Shown: positions 27,704-37,300 of the stretch, in pieces
Layout: the number at the start of each line of letters is the position of its first letter
Numbering within the stretch: the stretch's first letter is position 1
Origin: a virus
DNA length: 64,000 nucleotides
Virus record (IMG/VR): IMGVR_UViG_3300043499_000238
Span: 1-64,000 of that record
Strand: one strand, 5' to 3'
Translations under genes and position numbers: made by a program
Notes under the pieces: generated by a model
The model's input: the letters and a program-made list of their open reading frames with translations, nothing else
What the model was told of the DNA's origin: nothing
Databases searched by the model: none

Positions 27704-28212
27704 GAGACGTCAGCAAGAGCGTGGCCTACGGCGCCGAGCTGCACGCCTTCACCAACACGCTGCTCGGCGAGCAGCAGGACTTCGCCTCCCTCGTGAGCAC
27801 CACGAGGGAGGTGGAGGCCACGCCGGAGTGGCAGCACGTCTACGGCAACACGCCGCTCAACATCATCAGCACTCGTGGCTCCCACGACTACGCCCGTGGG
27901 TTCACCACCATCGCCTACAAGACGATCGGCTCGTGGCGCTTCGCAGTGCCGCACGAGATGGCCCACATCCTCACCGACGACCGCCACGGCCCGAGCTGGC
28001 GCGCACGCTACGTGTGGCTCGTGCGCATCATGTACGGCAACGAGTGGGCCGAGGCACTCATCGCCGGGTTCGACAGCTCCAAGCTGTCGGTCGTGAGCTT
28101 CCCCGTCGCACGCACCACGCCGATGCTGCCGCCCGAGCTGTTCGACGCTCAGGTCGGCAGCCCTCTGTTCGCACCCACCACCAACGCGCCCGCCCGGGCG
28201 ATCGCACTGTAA
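27700..28212 (+). CDS. HExxH metallohydrolase (TIGR04338/Rv0185-like)
   Basis: PHEMAHIL...HGPSWRARYVWLV; directly after DUF2786 gene. Confidence 0.7.
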   Translation: MRDVSKSVAYGAELHAFTNTLLGEQQDFASLVSTTREVEATPEWQHVYGNTPLNIISTRGSHDYARGFTTIAYKTIGSWRFAVPHEMAHILTDDRHGPSWRARYVWLVRIMYGNEWAEALIAGFDSSKLSVVSFPVARTTPMLPPELFDAQVGSPLFAPTTNAPARAIAL

Positions 28213-28221
28213 GGAACCACC

Positions 28222-28830
28222 ATGGCCAAGATCACCAACGTAGCCTCGGCACGCAAGCGCAAGGACGGCAATGACCCTCACACCTGCTACGCCTGCCACG
28301 AGGACATCGCCGAGGGCCAGTCGTACTCGTGGTGCCAGCCCAGCCGGTACAGCCCTCGCATCAACTGGCACAGCACCTGCCCCACGCCTCCGCCGTCACG
28401 GCTGGAGTCGAACGAGAAGCGTGCCGCCGCCATGGCTGCATTCGAGGAGGGCTACGACGACCTGAGTGCACTGCGCGAGACCGACACCGAGACCACCACG
28501 GTCGACGGTGAGGAGGTCGTGTTCGATCCTGAGGCGTTCGTGGAGGAGATCAAGTCGGTGCTGGGCGCCATCGCCGAGAACGTGCGTGAGGCCGGTGAGC
28601 TGTGGCGTGAGGCCGCCAGCAACATCGAGGACGGGTTCGGTCACTCCACCTCGATGTCCGAGGAGTTCGAGGGGTACGCCGACGATGTCGAGGGCGTCGC
28701 CGATGAAGTCGACAACATCGAGCCGGACGAGTACGACGCTGAGCAGTGGGACGACGTGCAGCAGTGGCTGGAGGCCACGATCGACAGCGTCGTGGACGAG
28801 ATGGGCAGTGCTGAGGGCAATCTGCCCTGA
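28222..28830 (+). CDS. Hypothetical protein (Zn motif + acidic helical domain)
   Basis: SD AAGGAACCACC; CYAC...HSTC. Confidence 0.75.
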   Translation: MAKITNVASARKRKDGNDPHTCYACHEDIAEGQSYSWCQPSRYSPRINWHSTCPTPPPSRLESNEKRAAAMAAFEEGYDDLSALRETDTETTTVDGEEVVFDPEAFVEEIKSVLGAIAENVREAGELWREAASNIEDGFGHSTSMSEEFEGYADDVEGVADEVDNIEPDEYDAEQWDDVQQWLEATIDSVVDEMGSAEGNLP

Positions 28831-28872
28831 GACGTTGCATGTCGTTGAACGACTGCTACACTCACCAGTATG
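28828..28872 (+). promoter_or_regulatory. Class-1 promoter/operator element
   Basis: TTGCAT-16-(TGC)TACACT-CACCAGT-ATG; CGTTG at 28833 and 28843. Confidence 0.85.
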
Positions 28873-29298
28873 ACCACCACTCACATCACCGCCGACCTCT
28901 TCGCCGACGCCAACGTCGCCGGAGGCTGGACCGAGCACGACACGGTTGCTCGCCGGATCTGCACCGCCATGTGGAAGGCCACCGGCGCCTTCGGCCGCAT
29001 CACCAACTACCACTCGGACGTCGTCCTCGACTGCATCACGGTGCAGGACATCGTGGCCAAGCTGGAGCCGGGTCGTGGCTTCGACTTCCTCTACAGCGTC
29101 GGCGCCAACGGCACGATGCTGATGCGTAGCACGAAGAACGAGGACATCGCCTTCTTCCTCGCCGACGACCGCGGTGGCGACTCGGCTCGCTTCCTCGTGA
29201 CCATCAACCGCTCGCACCTGGAGACCACGCCCTACGGGTCGACGTGGGGCGGAGACAAGTACGAGCTGATCGTCCGCACGCTCGAAGCCGCCGCCTGA
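28870..29298 (+). CDS. Hypothetical protein
   Basis: Promoter-defined ATG. Confidence 0.75.
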   Translation: MTTTHITADLFADANVAGGWTEHDTVARRICTAMWKATGAFGRITNYHSDVVLDCITVQDIVAKLEPGRGFDFLYSVGANGTMLMRSTKNEDIAFFLADDRGGDSARFLVTINRSHLETTPYGSTWGGDKYELIVRTLEAAA

Positions 29299-29333
29299 GC
29301 AACCCTGTTACACCCATCAACGATACTGAAAGC

Positions 29334-29720
29334 ATGAACATCCCCATGAGCACCACCCGCACCACCGCCGCCGAGCGCCTCGCCGACGAGATCCTCGCCG
29401 CCAAGGCCGAGCTGGCCCAGCAGGAGCTGGCAGTCAAGGAGCTGCAGAAGGCTCTCCTGGCCCTGGCCCCGGTCGGCACCGTCATCATCCGCGACGCTGG
29501 CAAGGTCACCGTCACCGAGCGCACCGACCTGGTCGCCGATGTCGAGACCCTCCAGGGCGTCGCCAGCCGCTCGCTCTTCAAGAGCCTCACCAAGACGGTG
29601 TTCGACGTCGCTGGCTACCGGGCGCTCGTGACGCTCGGCAAGAGCACGCCGGAGATCGACGCAGTCGTGACGGAGAAGGTGAGCGCGCCGTTCCTGGTGA
29701 CCACGGTCGCCAAGAAGTGA
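29334..29720 (+). CDS. Hypothetical coiled-coil protein
   Basis: GATACT-6nt-ATG; architecture like 5520-5954. Confidence 0.7.
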   Translation: MNIPMSTTRTTAAERLADEILAAKAELAQQELAVKELQKALLALAPVGTVIIRDAGKVTVTERTDLVADVETLQGVASRSLFKSLTKTVFDVAGYRALVTLGKSTPEIDAVVTEKVSAPFLVTTVAKK

Positions 29721-30274
29721 CGTACGACGAGGCCCGCTTCTACCGCAGTGCCAACACTGCGGTAGCGGTGGGCACGGGCGTCATCACCGGGCTGGCCCTT
29801 GGCTGGGCCATCCGCCGCTTCTCAGCTCTGACGTGGCTGTACTTCGTCGCCTCGCAGGGCTGCATGTGGTGGGGCATCCTCATCACGCCGGACTGGGTCG
29901 ACCATCCCGAGCAGGAGGGGTTCACTGGCTTCCAGTGGTGCCTCTTCATCGCCGCCGCCGTGCTGTTCATCCTCGCCATCCGCGAGGGTGGGCGCAGCCT
30001 GCGGCGCTTCGCTCAGGCTCAGCTTGCAGCACAGCAGGAGTGGGCAGCTCAGCAGGTGCCAGCTCCAGTGCCAGCACCGACCACTCAGCGTGTCACACGC
30101 ACCGTCACGGTCACCAGGGCGCCAGTGCGCAACGAAGATGCGCAACAACGCTCACAGGGCACCACAGGCACCTCTCCGAGGCGTCCTGAGCCTCGGCCGG
30201 TACGCAGCATCGAACAGCACGGCAACCTCAGGATCACCGACCGCCGTCCGTTCGACCCTGAGCTGGGCGAGTGA
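29717..30274 (+). CDS. Membrane protein (3 predicted TM helices)
   Basis: Hydrophobic segments followed by a P/T-rich tail. Confidence 0.7.
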   Translation: MTYDEARFYRSANTAVAVGTGVITGLALGWAIRRFSALTWLYFVASQGCMWWGILITPDWVDHPEQEGFTGFQWCLFIAAAVLFILAIREGGRSLRRFAQAQLAAQQEWAAQQVPAPVPAPTTQRVTRTVTVTRAPVRNEDAQQRSQGTTGTSPRRPEPRPVRSIEQHGNLRITDRRPFDPELGE

Positions 30275-30284
30275 CTTCTACGGT

Positions 30285-30326
30285 GCGGCATGACGTTGAA
30301 CACCTCGTGCTACAGTCACCAGCGTG
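30285..30326 (+). promoter_or_regulatory. Class-1 promoter/operator element (weak -35)
   Basis: CGTTGAACA..(TGC)TACAGT-CACCAGC-GTG. Confidence 0.75.
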
Positions 30327-30737
30327 AAGTACACGGCCACCGAGGCAGCTCGGATCGCTGGCATCTCCTACCGGCAGCTCGACTACTGGGATCGCACTGG
30401 TCTCATCACGCCGAGCACACAGGAGGCGCACGGCTCAGGCACGCGCCGTGCCTACAGCTACCGCGACCTCGTAGACCTGCGCACGGTCAAGGCGATGCTG
30501 GACGCCAACATCGGGCTGTCGGCCGTGCGCAAGGTGATGCTCGTGCTGCAGCAGTTCCCCAGCCTCGACATCCCCAACCTCACTGTCGTGATGATGGGCG
30601 ACAGCGTGCGCCTGTGCTCGCAGGACGAGCTAGTCGAGATCGTGCGCACCGAGAAGGGCATGCTCAACGTGCTGCCGCTGAGTGGCATCACCGAGGCTCT
30701 CGACAACGAGTTGATGGTAGACGTTGTACATCGTTGA
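30324..30737 (+). CDS. MerR-family regulator, Rv1830/McdR-like
   Basis: GISYRQLDYWDRTGLITPS..A.GSGTRR.YSYRDL..L..VK.MLD. Confidence 0.88.
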   Translation: MKYTATEAARIAGISYRQLDYWDRTGLITPSTQEAHGSGTRRAYSYRDLVDLRTVKAMLDANIGLSAVRKVMLVLQQFPSLDIPNLTVVMMGDSVRLCSQDELVEIVRTEKGMLNVLPLSGITEALDNELMVDVVHR

Positions 30738-30763
30738 GTGATGCTGCTAGCATCACTGGTGTG
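30720..30763 (+). promoter_or_regulatory. Class-1 promoter/operator element
   Basis: TTGTAC-18-(TGC)TAGCAT-CACTGGT-GTG. Confidence 0.85.
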
Positions 30764-31057
30764 ACCACCACCAACGCCACCACCGTCCGCTGCGCCTGCG
30801 GCTACAACCTCACCGAGCGCCCCTGCCCGCACCACGGCATGGACCGCGCCCACACGTTCCGCACGGTCATCACCACGACCGGCAACGAGTGGCTCGGCTA
30901 CCGCAACGGCATCATCGTCGCTGTCTACGCCAACCGTTGGGTCGGCGAGTCCCGCCTCCAGGCCCGTAAGGTCGACTCGATCGCCCCCGTCGCCCAGTCG
31001 CTCAAAGGCGCCCCCGAGACCTTCATCGGCGAGCGCATCCTCGTGAAGGTGGCGTGA
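30761..31057 (+). CDS. Hypothetical protein
   Basis: Promoter-defined GTG. Confidence 0.7.
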   Translation: MTTTNATTVRCACGYNLTERPCPHHGMDRAHTFRTVITTTGNEWLGYRNGIIVAVYANRWVGESRLQARKVDSIAPVAQSLKGAPETFIGERILVKVA

Positions 31058-31248
31058 TGAGCCGCAAGGACTACCAGCTCCTCGCTGAGGCCATCCGCAA
31101 GGCCCGCATCCTGGTCACCGCCAGCGCCACGCTGACCTGCCCTGCTCAGGGCGTCGGCATCACCGCCAGCTTCATCGCTGAGGCGCTGGCTGATGACAAC
31201 CCAGCGTTCGACGCCGAGCGCTTCCTTGTAGCGGCTGGTGAGATGTGA
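31054..31248 (+). CDS. Small conserved phage protein
   Basis: MSRKDYQLLAEAI...DNPAFD.ERFL.A. Confidence 0.75.
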   Translation: MMSRKDYQLLAEAIRKARILVTASATLTCPAQGVGITASFIAEALADDNPAFDAERFLVAAGEM

Positions 31249-31469
31249 GCCAGTGCATCGAGACCGTCACCGGCCGCGTGAGCGTGGGCATCCTGGGCCG
31301 TGGCACCGAGTCGTTCCGCGACGGTGTCCCGCACCAGTGCCCGCGCCGGGCCGTCGAGGGCGCCACGCGCTGCGCTCAGCACCAGGCCATCGCCGACCGC
31401 CGAGCTGCCGTGGTCGCAGCTCGCAGGGCTGCTGCCCAATCGTTGAACGACGTTGTGGAACTGCCGTGA
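31245..31469 (+). CDS. Small hypothetical protein
   Basis: GTGA overlap; C...C...C..H. Confidence 0.55.
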   Translation: MSQCIETVTGRVSVGILGRGTESFRDGVPHQCPRRAVEGATRCAQHQAIADRRAAVVAARRAAAQSLNDVVELP

Positions 31470-31492
31470 CTGCTGCTAGCATCACCACCATG
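31439..31492 (+). promoter_or_regulatory. Class-1 promoter/operator element
   Basis: CGTTGAACGACG-TTGTGG-18-(TGC)TAGCAT-CACCACC-ATG. Confidence 0.85.
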
Positions 31493-31690
31493 ACCAACGA
31501 CCACGACCTCGGCTTCGAGGCATCAGTCAAGCTGGAGCAGTGGACGGCGATGGAGCAGGAGGCTCTGCGCTTCGCCGCTGAGTACGACGAGAAGGGCTGG
31601 ACCTTCGCGGCCACCCTCGCCCGCCGCCGTGCTCGTGGCTACAAGAGCGCCCGCAACCGCCTCGCCCGTCGCATGGGATGGCTGTCATGA
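31490..31690 (+). CDS. Small basic hypothetical protein
   Basis: Promoter-defined ATG. Confidence 0.7.
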   Translation: MTNDHDLGFEASVKLEQWTAMEQEALRFAAEYDEKGWTFAATLARRRARGYKSARNRLARRMGWLS

Positions 31691-32016
31691 GCACCTACCG
31701 CTGCACCGAGTGCGACGCCACGTTCCCCACGCTCGCCAAGGCCAGCCGGTGCCACTGGGGCATCGGCGGCGTGGAGGAGGTCACCCCTCGCCCGCTGTAC
31801 GAGATCGCCGCCGAGATCACCGCCGACTGGAAGCCGGTGTGGTTCGGTGCGGTGCCCTACGTCGAGGCGATGGGCTGCCTCACCTCGCTGGACCAGATGT
31901 ACGGCATGGAGTCCGGGCGCATCATCGTGAGCTACTTCCTCAGCAACGCCAAGCTCTGGCGCGGCGACACGGCCAAGCGCATCAAGCGTGAGCTGAGGGC
32001 GATCCTCGATGCCTGA
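31687..32016 (+). CDS. Conserved phage protein
   Basis: RPLYEIA.EI..DW....FGAVPY..AM...YFLSNA..WRG.TAKRIK.EL. Confidence 0.8.
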   Translation: MSTYRCTECDATFPTLAKASRCHWGIGGVEEVTPRPLYEIAAEITADWKPVWFGAVPYVEAMGCLTSLDQMYGMESGRIIVSYFLSNAKLWRGDTAKRIKRELRAILDA

Positions 32017-32020
32017 TCTC

Positions 32021-32068
32021 TCAACGACGTTGTGTGTCTCCGATGCTGCTGCTAGCATCACACCTGTG
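32021..32068 (+). promoter_or_regulatory. Class-1 promoter with palindromic CAACGACGTTG
   Basis: TTGTGT-17-(TGC)TAGCAT-CACACCT-GTG. Confidence 0.85.
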
Positions 32069-32431
32069 AGCACCACCACCTTCGCCTGCGACACCTGCTA
32101 CGACACGGGTGAGATCGACTACGAGGGCCGCGTCACTGCGTGCCCCGACTGCACCATCGCCGCCCCCGACACGATCACCATCCGCATCAGCGGCCTGGGC
32201 CACGGCCTCGGCGCCGACGGTCGCCACTACGAGACCGCCGTCGCCTGGACCGCCAGCTCGATCACGTTCGAGGGCACCAAGAGCGCCATCCGCGCCGACG
32301 TGCGCCGGGTGCGTGCCCACGCAGTCGTGGCCGCCAACATCGCCGGGTACAAGGGCCGCACCCGCAACTCGATCAGCTCGGGTGCGATCGCCATCGACAA
32401 CCGCGTGAGCGCAGAGCTGGCCAAGTCATGA
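32066..32431 (+). CDS. Hypothetical protein with N-terminal zinc ribbon
   Basis: CDTC.DTG...CPDC. Confidence 0.7.
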   Translation: MSTTTFACDTCYDTGEIDYEGRVTACPDCTIAAPDTITIRISGLGHGLGADGRHYETAVAWTASSITFEGTKSAIRADVRRVRAHAVVAANIAGYKGRTRNSISSGAIAIDNRVSAELAKS

Positions 32432-32784
32432 GCACCAAGGCCGAGCAGGCCATGGAGCTGGCGCTCGCCGCCGGGTTCGAGGTCACCGAGGAGTTCGACG
32501 CCTCCAACCAGGGCGACAGGTACTTCATCGATGGCAGCTACAAGGTCATCATCATGCGCCGCCTCCACGGCGCCCGGCCTATCCACGGCTTCGACTCGCT
32601 GGAGCTGCGCACCTGCGGCCCCAAGCTCATCAACGCCGTGCTCCGCTTCGGTGACGGTCGTGCGTTCGCCTCCAAGACGTGCACCTCGATCCCAGCGTTC
32701 ACACGGGCGCTGCTCGATGTGCGCAACGGCCCCAAGCGCCGCCGGGCCGTCGCCGCCCACCTCAACATCCCCATCACCATCTGA
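32428..32784 (+). CDS. Hypothetical protein
   Basis: ATGA overlap. Confidence 0.65.
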   Translation: MSTKAEQAMELALAAGFEVTEEFDASNQGDRYFIDGSYKVIIMRRLHGARPIHGFDSLELRTCGPKLINAVLRFGDGRAFASKTCTSIPAFTRALLDVRNGPKRRRAVAAHLNIPITI

Positions 32785-32807
32785 CCAACCACCAAGGAAC
32801 CACCACC

Positions 32808-33185
32808 ATGATCACCATCAAAGTCACCGACGATGGCTGCTTCGTTGAGACGTACACCATCGATGTCGACGCCGCCACCGGCCAGGTCACACTGGCCCGA
32901 GGCACGGGCGGAGTCATCGACTTCGGCGACGACCGTGACGCTGCCAAGAGCCATCTGCTCAACCATCTCCAGGCCGATCTCAACAAGGGCATCGGGTTCA
33001 ACGTGCCGGTGCGTGAGCACGTCACCAAGGTCACCGAGGGCCACCTGGCCACCGGCAACGGCCGGGTGGCTTACTGGGGCACCTGCTCGTGCGGCTGGAA
33101 GGGCACGCCGTGGGAGAGCCGTGAGACTGCTCAGGCGAGCGCCAACGGCCACTTCGTCTTCCCCGAGATGGTGGTGCAGTCATGA
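32808..33185 (+). CDS. Hypothetical protein
   Basis: SD AAGGAACCACC; CSCGW motif. Confidence 0.7.
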   Translation: MITIKVTDDGCFVETYTIDVDAATGQVTLARGTGGVIDFGDDRDAAKSHLLNHLQADLNKGIGFNVPVREHVTKVTEGHLATGNGRVAYWGTCSCGWKGTPWESRETAQASANGHFVFPEMVVQS

Positions 33186-33490
33186 GCGTCTTCACCCCCA
33201 AGAGCGTGGGCGTCACGTTCACCTACGAGGCCAACCCGTTGCTCGAATCCGTCGACATCGGCGCCAACGCCTTCCTCGTGCAGCGCCTGACCGTCAGCAT
33301 CGAGCCTGACGAAGAGGCCGACGACGGCATCTACACCGACGTGCGTACGTGGGGTCGCAAGCTCACCAAGTCCGGTGAGATCGACCAGCGCAGCTCGTTC
33401 GGCGCCGTCTTCGTCCGCCTCGCCGACACCCAGCCATGGGTGGACGACGCCAAGGCCCGCTACGCCAAGCTCGTGGTGCTCGCATCATGA
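33182..33490 (+). CDS. Hypothetical protein
   Basis: ATGA overlap. Confidence 0.7.
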   Translation: MSVFTPKSVGVTFTYEANPLLESVDIGANAFLVQRLTVSIEPDEEADDGIYTDVRTWGRKLTKSGEIDQRSSFGAVFVRLADTQPWVDDAKARYAKLVVLAS

Positions 33491-33822
33491 AGTACACCAA
33501 CTACACCAACCTCGACAGCCGCTACGCGCGTGCGTACGAGCCGGGCGACCGGCTGGTGCGTGGGTACGAGGGCGAGCTGCCCAACCACTTCGCTCTCGTG
33601 GTCGATGAGGCCACCGCTCGTGCTACGGCCGAGGTGGTGTTCTGGATCCACAACCGTGACGATCGCCCCGATGGTCAGCTCTGCCCATCGATGAGCGTCG
33701 GCGACGTCGTGGTCTTCGGTGAGATGGCACTCAGTGCTGAGCCTGCTGGGTGGAGGATCGTGCAGCTCGATGCTGCCGATCTGGTCACCGATCGTACGTG
33801 GTCAGATATGGTGCGATCATGA
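33487..33822 (+). CDS. YodL-like domain protein
   Basis: F..HN.DDRP....SMSVGDVV..G. Confidence 0.6.
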   Translation: MKYTNYTNLDSRYARAYEPGDRLVRGYEGELPNHFALVVDEATARATAEVVFWIHNRDDRPDGQLCPSMSVGDVVVFGEMALSAEPAGWRIVQLDAADLVTDRTWSDMVRS

Positions 33823-34349
33823 GCGACTCCAGAAGCACCACAGAGGCCACTCAGGTGCCCCAGGAGACGAGCAACGACGTGGAAGCACCTACGACAGCCC
33901 AGGAAGCTCCTGAGGCCACACAGCGCGAGCTGGCCTACGGTGACCACGAGCACCTCGTGACCATCGCTCGTGGCCTCGTGACCAACGAGCTGATGATCGC
34001 CGACCTCAGCCGCCACGAGTGGCAGACGTCGCTGGCGATGATGTTGCCCAGCCTCGCCGAGTACACCAACCTCGGCCTGATCCTGGTGCCGTTCGCAGCA
34101 CACGCCAGCATGCCCTGGATCAACAACATCGCGCCCGGCATGGTGATGCAGTGCCAGGGCGTGGCCCGAGAGGACATCGAAGCATTGACCGCCGAGTGCG
34201 AGCGCATGTACGCCGCACTCCACCCCGAACAGGAGAAGACCGTGAGTGACCAGCCGGACGAGCGCAAGCCGGACGAGTACGTGGACGACGAGCCGGGTAT
34301 CGACCCGCGACTCATCGACCCCGACGAGGAGGACGAGCCTGATGAGTGA
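33819..34349 (+). CDS. Hypothetical acidic protein
   Basis: ATGA overlap. Confidence 0.6.
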   Translation: MSDSRSTTEATQVPQETSNDVEAPTTAQEAPEATQRELAYGDHEHLVTIARGLVTNELMIADLSRHEWQTSLAMMLPSLAEYTNLGLILVPFAAHASMPWINNIAPGMVMQCQGVAREDIEALTAECERMYAALHPEQEKTVSDQPDERKPDEYVDDEPGIDPRLIDPDEEDEPDE

Positions 34350-37300
34350 TCGTCACACCAAGGGTCCAGGCCCGTGGTGCGGCACTGCTGGTGGCTACAG
34401 CAACCACAAGTGCAAGTGCGACGCATGCACCACGGCGTGGGCCGACGCGCGCCGTGACTACATGGCACGCAACCCCGAGCAACGAGAACGACACCGCGCC
34501 CGTGTTGCGGTGTGGAAGGCCAACCAGGTCAAGGAGACCGCATCATGAGGATCATCACACTGCCCCACTTCGCCATGGAGCGCGACGAGGACGGCACCGC
34601 CAACGCTGAGTTCCAACGTCTCGTGACGTACGCCATGCGGTGGTGGCCCGAGGGTCTCAACATGAGCGACATCGACTTCGCCAAGGGCGCCGCAGCGATT
34701 CGCTCGCTGGCCCAGGGCGACACGATCAGCTACGACCGCATGCAGCTCGCAGTCGGCTACGTGATCGACTCCATCGCCTTCTACGAGTCCGGCCCGTGGG
34801 AGGGCAGCGAACCGTACGAGGGACGCAACGCAGCAGCGATCGCCGACCTGCGCGCCCTGCTCGATGTGGTCAACGTCGAGGTGCTCGCATGAGCACCATC
34901 AACACCTGCGCTACGTGCGGTGGGCCGATCGCACGTCGCACCAACGTGGCCTACAGCCACGACGAGCAGCCCAACGACGGACCGTGGCTGCACCTCCACG
35001 CCGAGGACTGGCAGGACAACGTGCACGAGGCCAAGCCGGTGGAGGTGGACGCATGATGCGCTGCGACCACTGTGGTGAGGAAGTGCACCACGACGCCAAC
35101 GGCTGGTGGGTGGGCGAGGACGACTCGTCCGACTGCCCAGTGGGCGATCGTGGCCACGAGGTGGGAGGCAGCAGCTCGTGAAGTTCAAGGTTGTCATCGC
35201 CAGCCAGCCGCTCGGCAACACCGTGGGACGCAACGGTGAGGACGTGTACGCCGCCTACGTGTCGCTGGCTGGTGTGCAGGTGCACAGCACCAGTGTGACC
35301 AACCCAGGCGGCCCCACGGCCCACGAGGAGATGCGGCACGAGGCGATGCAGAGCTTCGCCTACCTGCTCCACGACGTGCTCGCCGAGCACACCGTATGAC
35401 CGACAACGAGGTGCAGGACTTCCTGCGCGCCCTGGCGCGCAAGGAGTTGGCACAGATGGCCTACGACGACATGAGCGTGCACGAGGTGCACATCCACGCC
35501 GTCGCCGACGAGCGTCGTGAAGCTCGTGCTGAGTTCAAGCGTGCGTGTGAGTGGGTGAGGGGACACTGATGACCCAGGACCACGAGCCGCCCGCCAACAT
35601 CGATCCACGACCCTGCTGCCACCGTTGGCGTGCACCGCGCAAGGATGTGCCAAGATCTACGCCAGTGGAACACGTCTGCATGCGTCCGGTGGCCAACGCT
35701 GGCCACATGGGCGTGCACATCTGCACCTGCGGTGAGGTCACCACGTACTCAGGAGACGAACCATGACGTGCCCCATCTGTGACGAGGCCATCGACAGCCC
35801 CGACACGATCGTGCTGTACACCGAGGACGGCCCGCGTCCCTCGCACCGTGAGTGCATGCTGCGCGAGGTGATGGGTGGCATCGGCCACCACCTCGGCCAC
35901 GAGTACTGGTGCATCCAGCGCGACGATCCCGACGCCGGACTCACACGCCGCCAGTCAGCGGTGATGGTGGCCAAGCTGTTGGAGCTGCTCGGCCCCGACG
36001 CCATGGCCGCCAACGCCGCAGTCATCCCCATCAATCCCACCGAGGAACCACCATGCCCAAGCACCCCAATCTGAGAGGCACACCGATCGAGGAGATGCGA
36101 GAAGAGTTCCTCGCATGCCGCGCACTGAGACACGCATGGGAGCCGATCGGTGCAACGCCTGGTGGTCGACGCCCTCAGTTCGGTGAGCTGGTGACGCTGC
36201 GCTGCATCCGCTGCGGTGGGCTGCGCTACGACAAGTTCAGCCGCATCACTGGTGAGCGCCTGGGCAAGCCACAGTACGACCAGGCGCCCGGCTACAAGGC
36301 CAGTGAGTCACACTCGTTCGCCTGGTGGAGAGCTGCGTGGGCCGAGACGATCAGTGACATGATCGTGAGCAGTCACGACAACGTCACACCGATCAAGAGG
36401 GGCAAGGCGTCATGACCAAGTATCTCGTCACCTACGTCGTCAGGGGAGCCTTCTCGGTGGAGGTCGACAACCCGTCGGACGACCCGGCGAAGGCCAAGGA
36501 CAAGGTGAGGGATCTCATTCGGGAGATCCCAGGCAGCATGGAGCACGAACTGGTCGTCCACTACCTGGAAGAGTTGTCATGAGCAGCGACACGATGCTGA
36601 TCACCACCAAGCTGGCCGTGGTCACCTGCTGGTGCGGGATGACGTACGCCATCCCCGAGAAGATCACCACCCGCATGCTCCGTCAGCGTGACAACAACGA
36701 GCGCCAGACCGACTGCTACTGCCCGCTCGGTCATGTGTGGGAGTACACCGGCAAGAGCAAGCTGGACGAGGAGCGCGAGCGCGCCGAGCGCCTGGCGCGC
36801 CAGCTCGCATCGCGCGAGGAGGACGTGCGCGCTGAGCGCGCCTCGCACATCGCCACCAAGGGACAGCTCACCCGCGCCCGCAAGCGCGCTGACCGCGGTG
36901 TGTGCCTGCACTGCAACCGCTCGTTCGTCAACGTCGCCCGCCACATCGAGACCAAGCACCCAGGAGTACTCGCACATGAGTGACACCCCGCCCCAACCGA
37001 GCGCCATGCTGCCAGGCGTGGCCGCCCTACTGCTCCAGCGTGGCTGCCCTGACGATCGCCTCGATGAGGCGCTGGATGGCCTCAGCGCCACGCAACTGCC
37101 CACCACACTCACCGAGGCCGTGGAGCACGCCGACCGCGCCGTTGCATCACTCAACGCTCGCCCACCGATCGATACGACAGCAACGTGAGCGACTTACGCC
37201 CTGACGCACAGGGCGTCAACCCGTACTGCGTGAACGACGAGCACGCCCTCTACGTCGGCTGCGTGGCAGGCATCGCCGTGCGCAACGGACTGCGTGTGAG

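Noticed and set aside
21955-32068. Dispersed conserved repeats as a CRISPR array
   Set aside because: The intervals are whole genes of hundreds to over 1500 bp, and the repeats have promoter architecture
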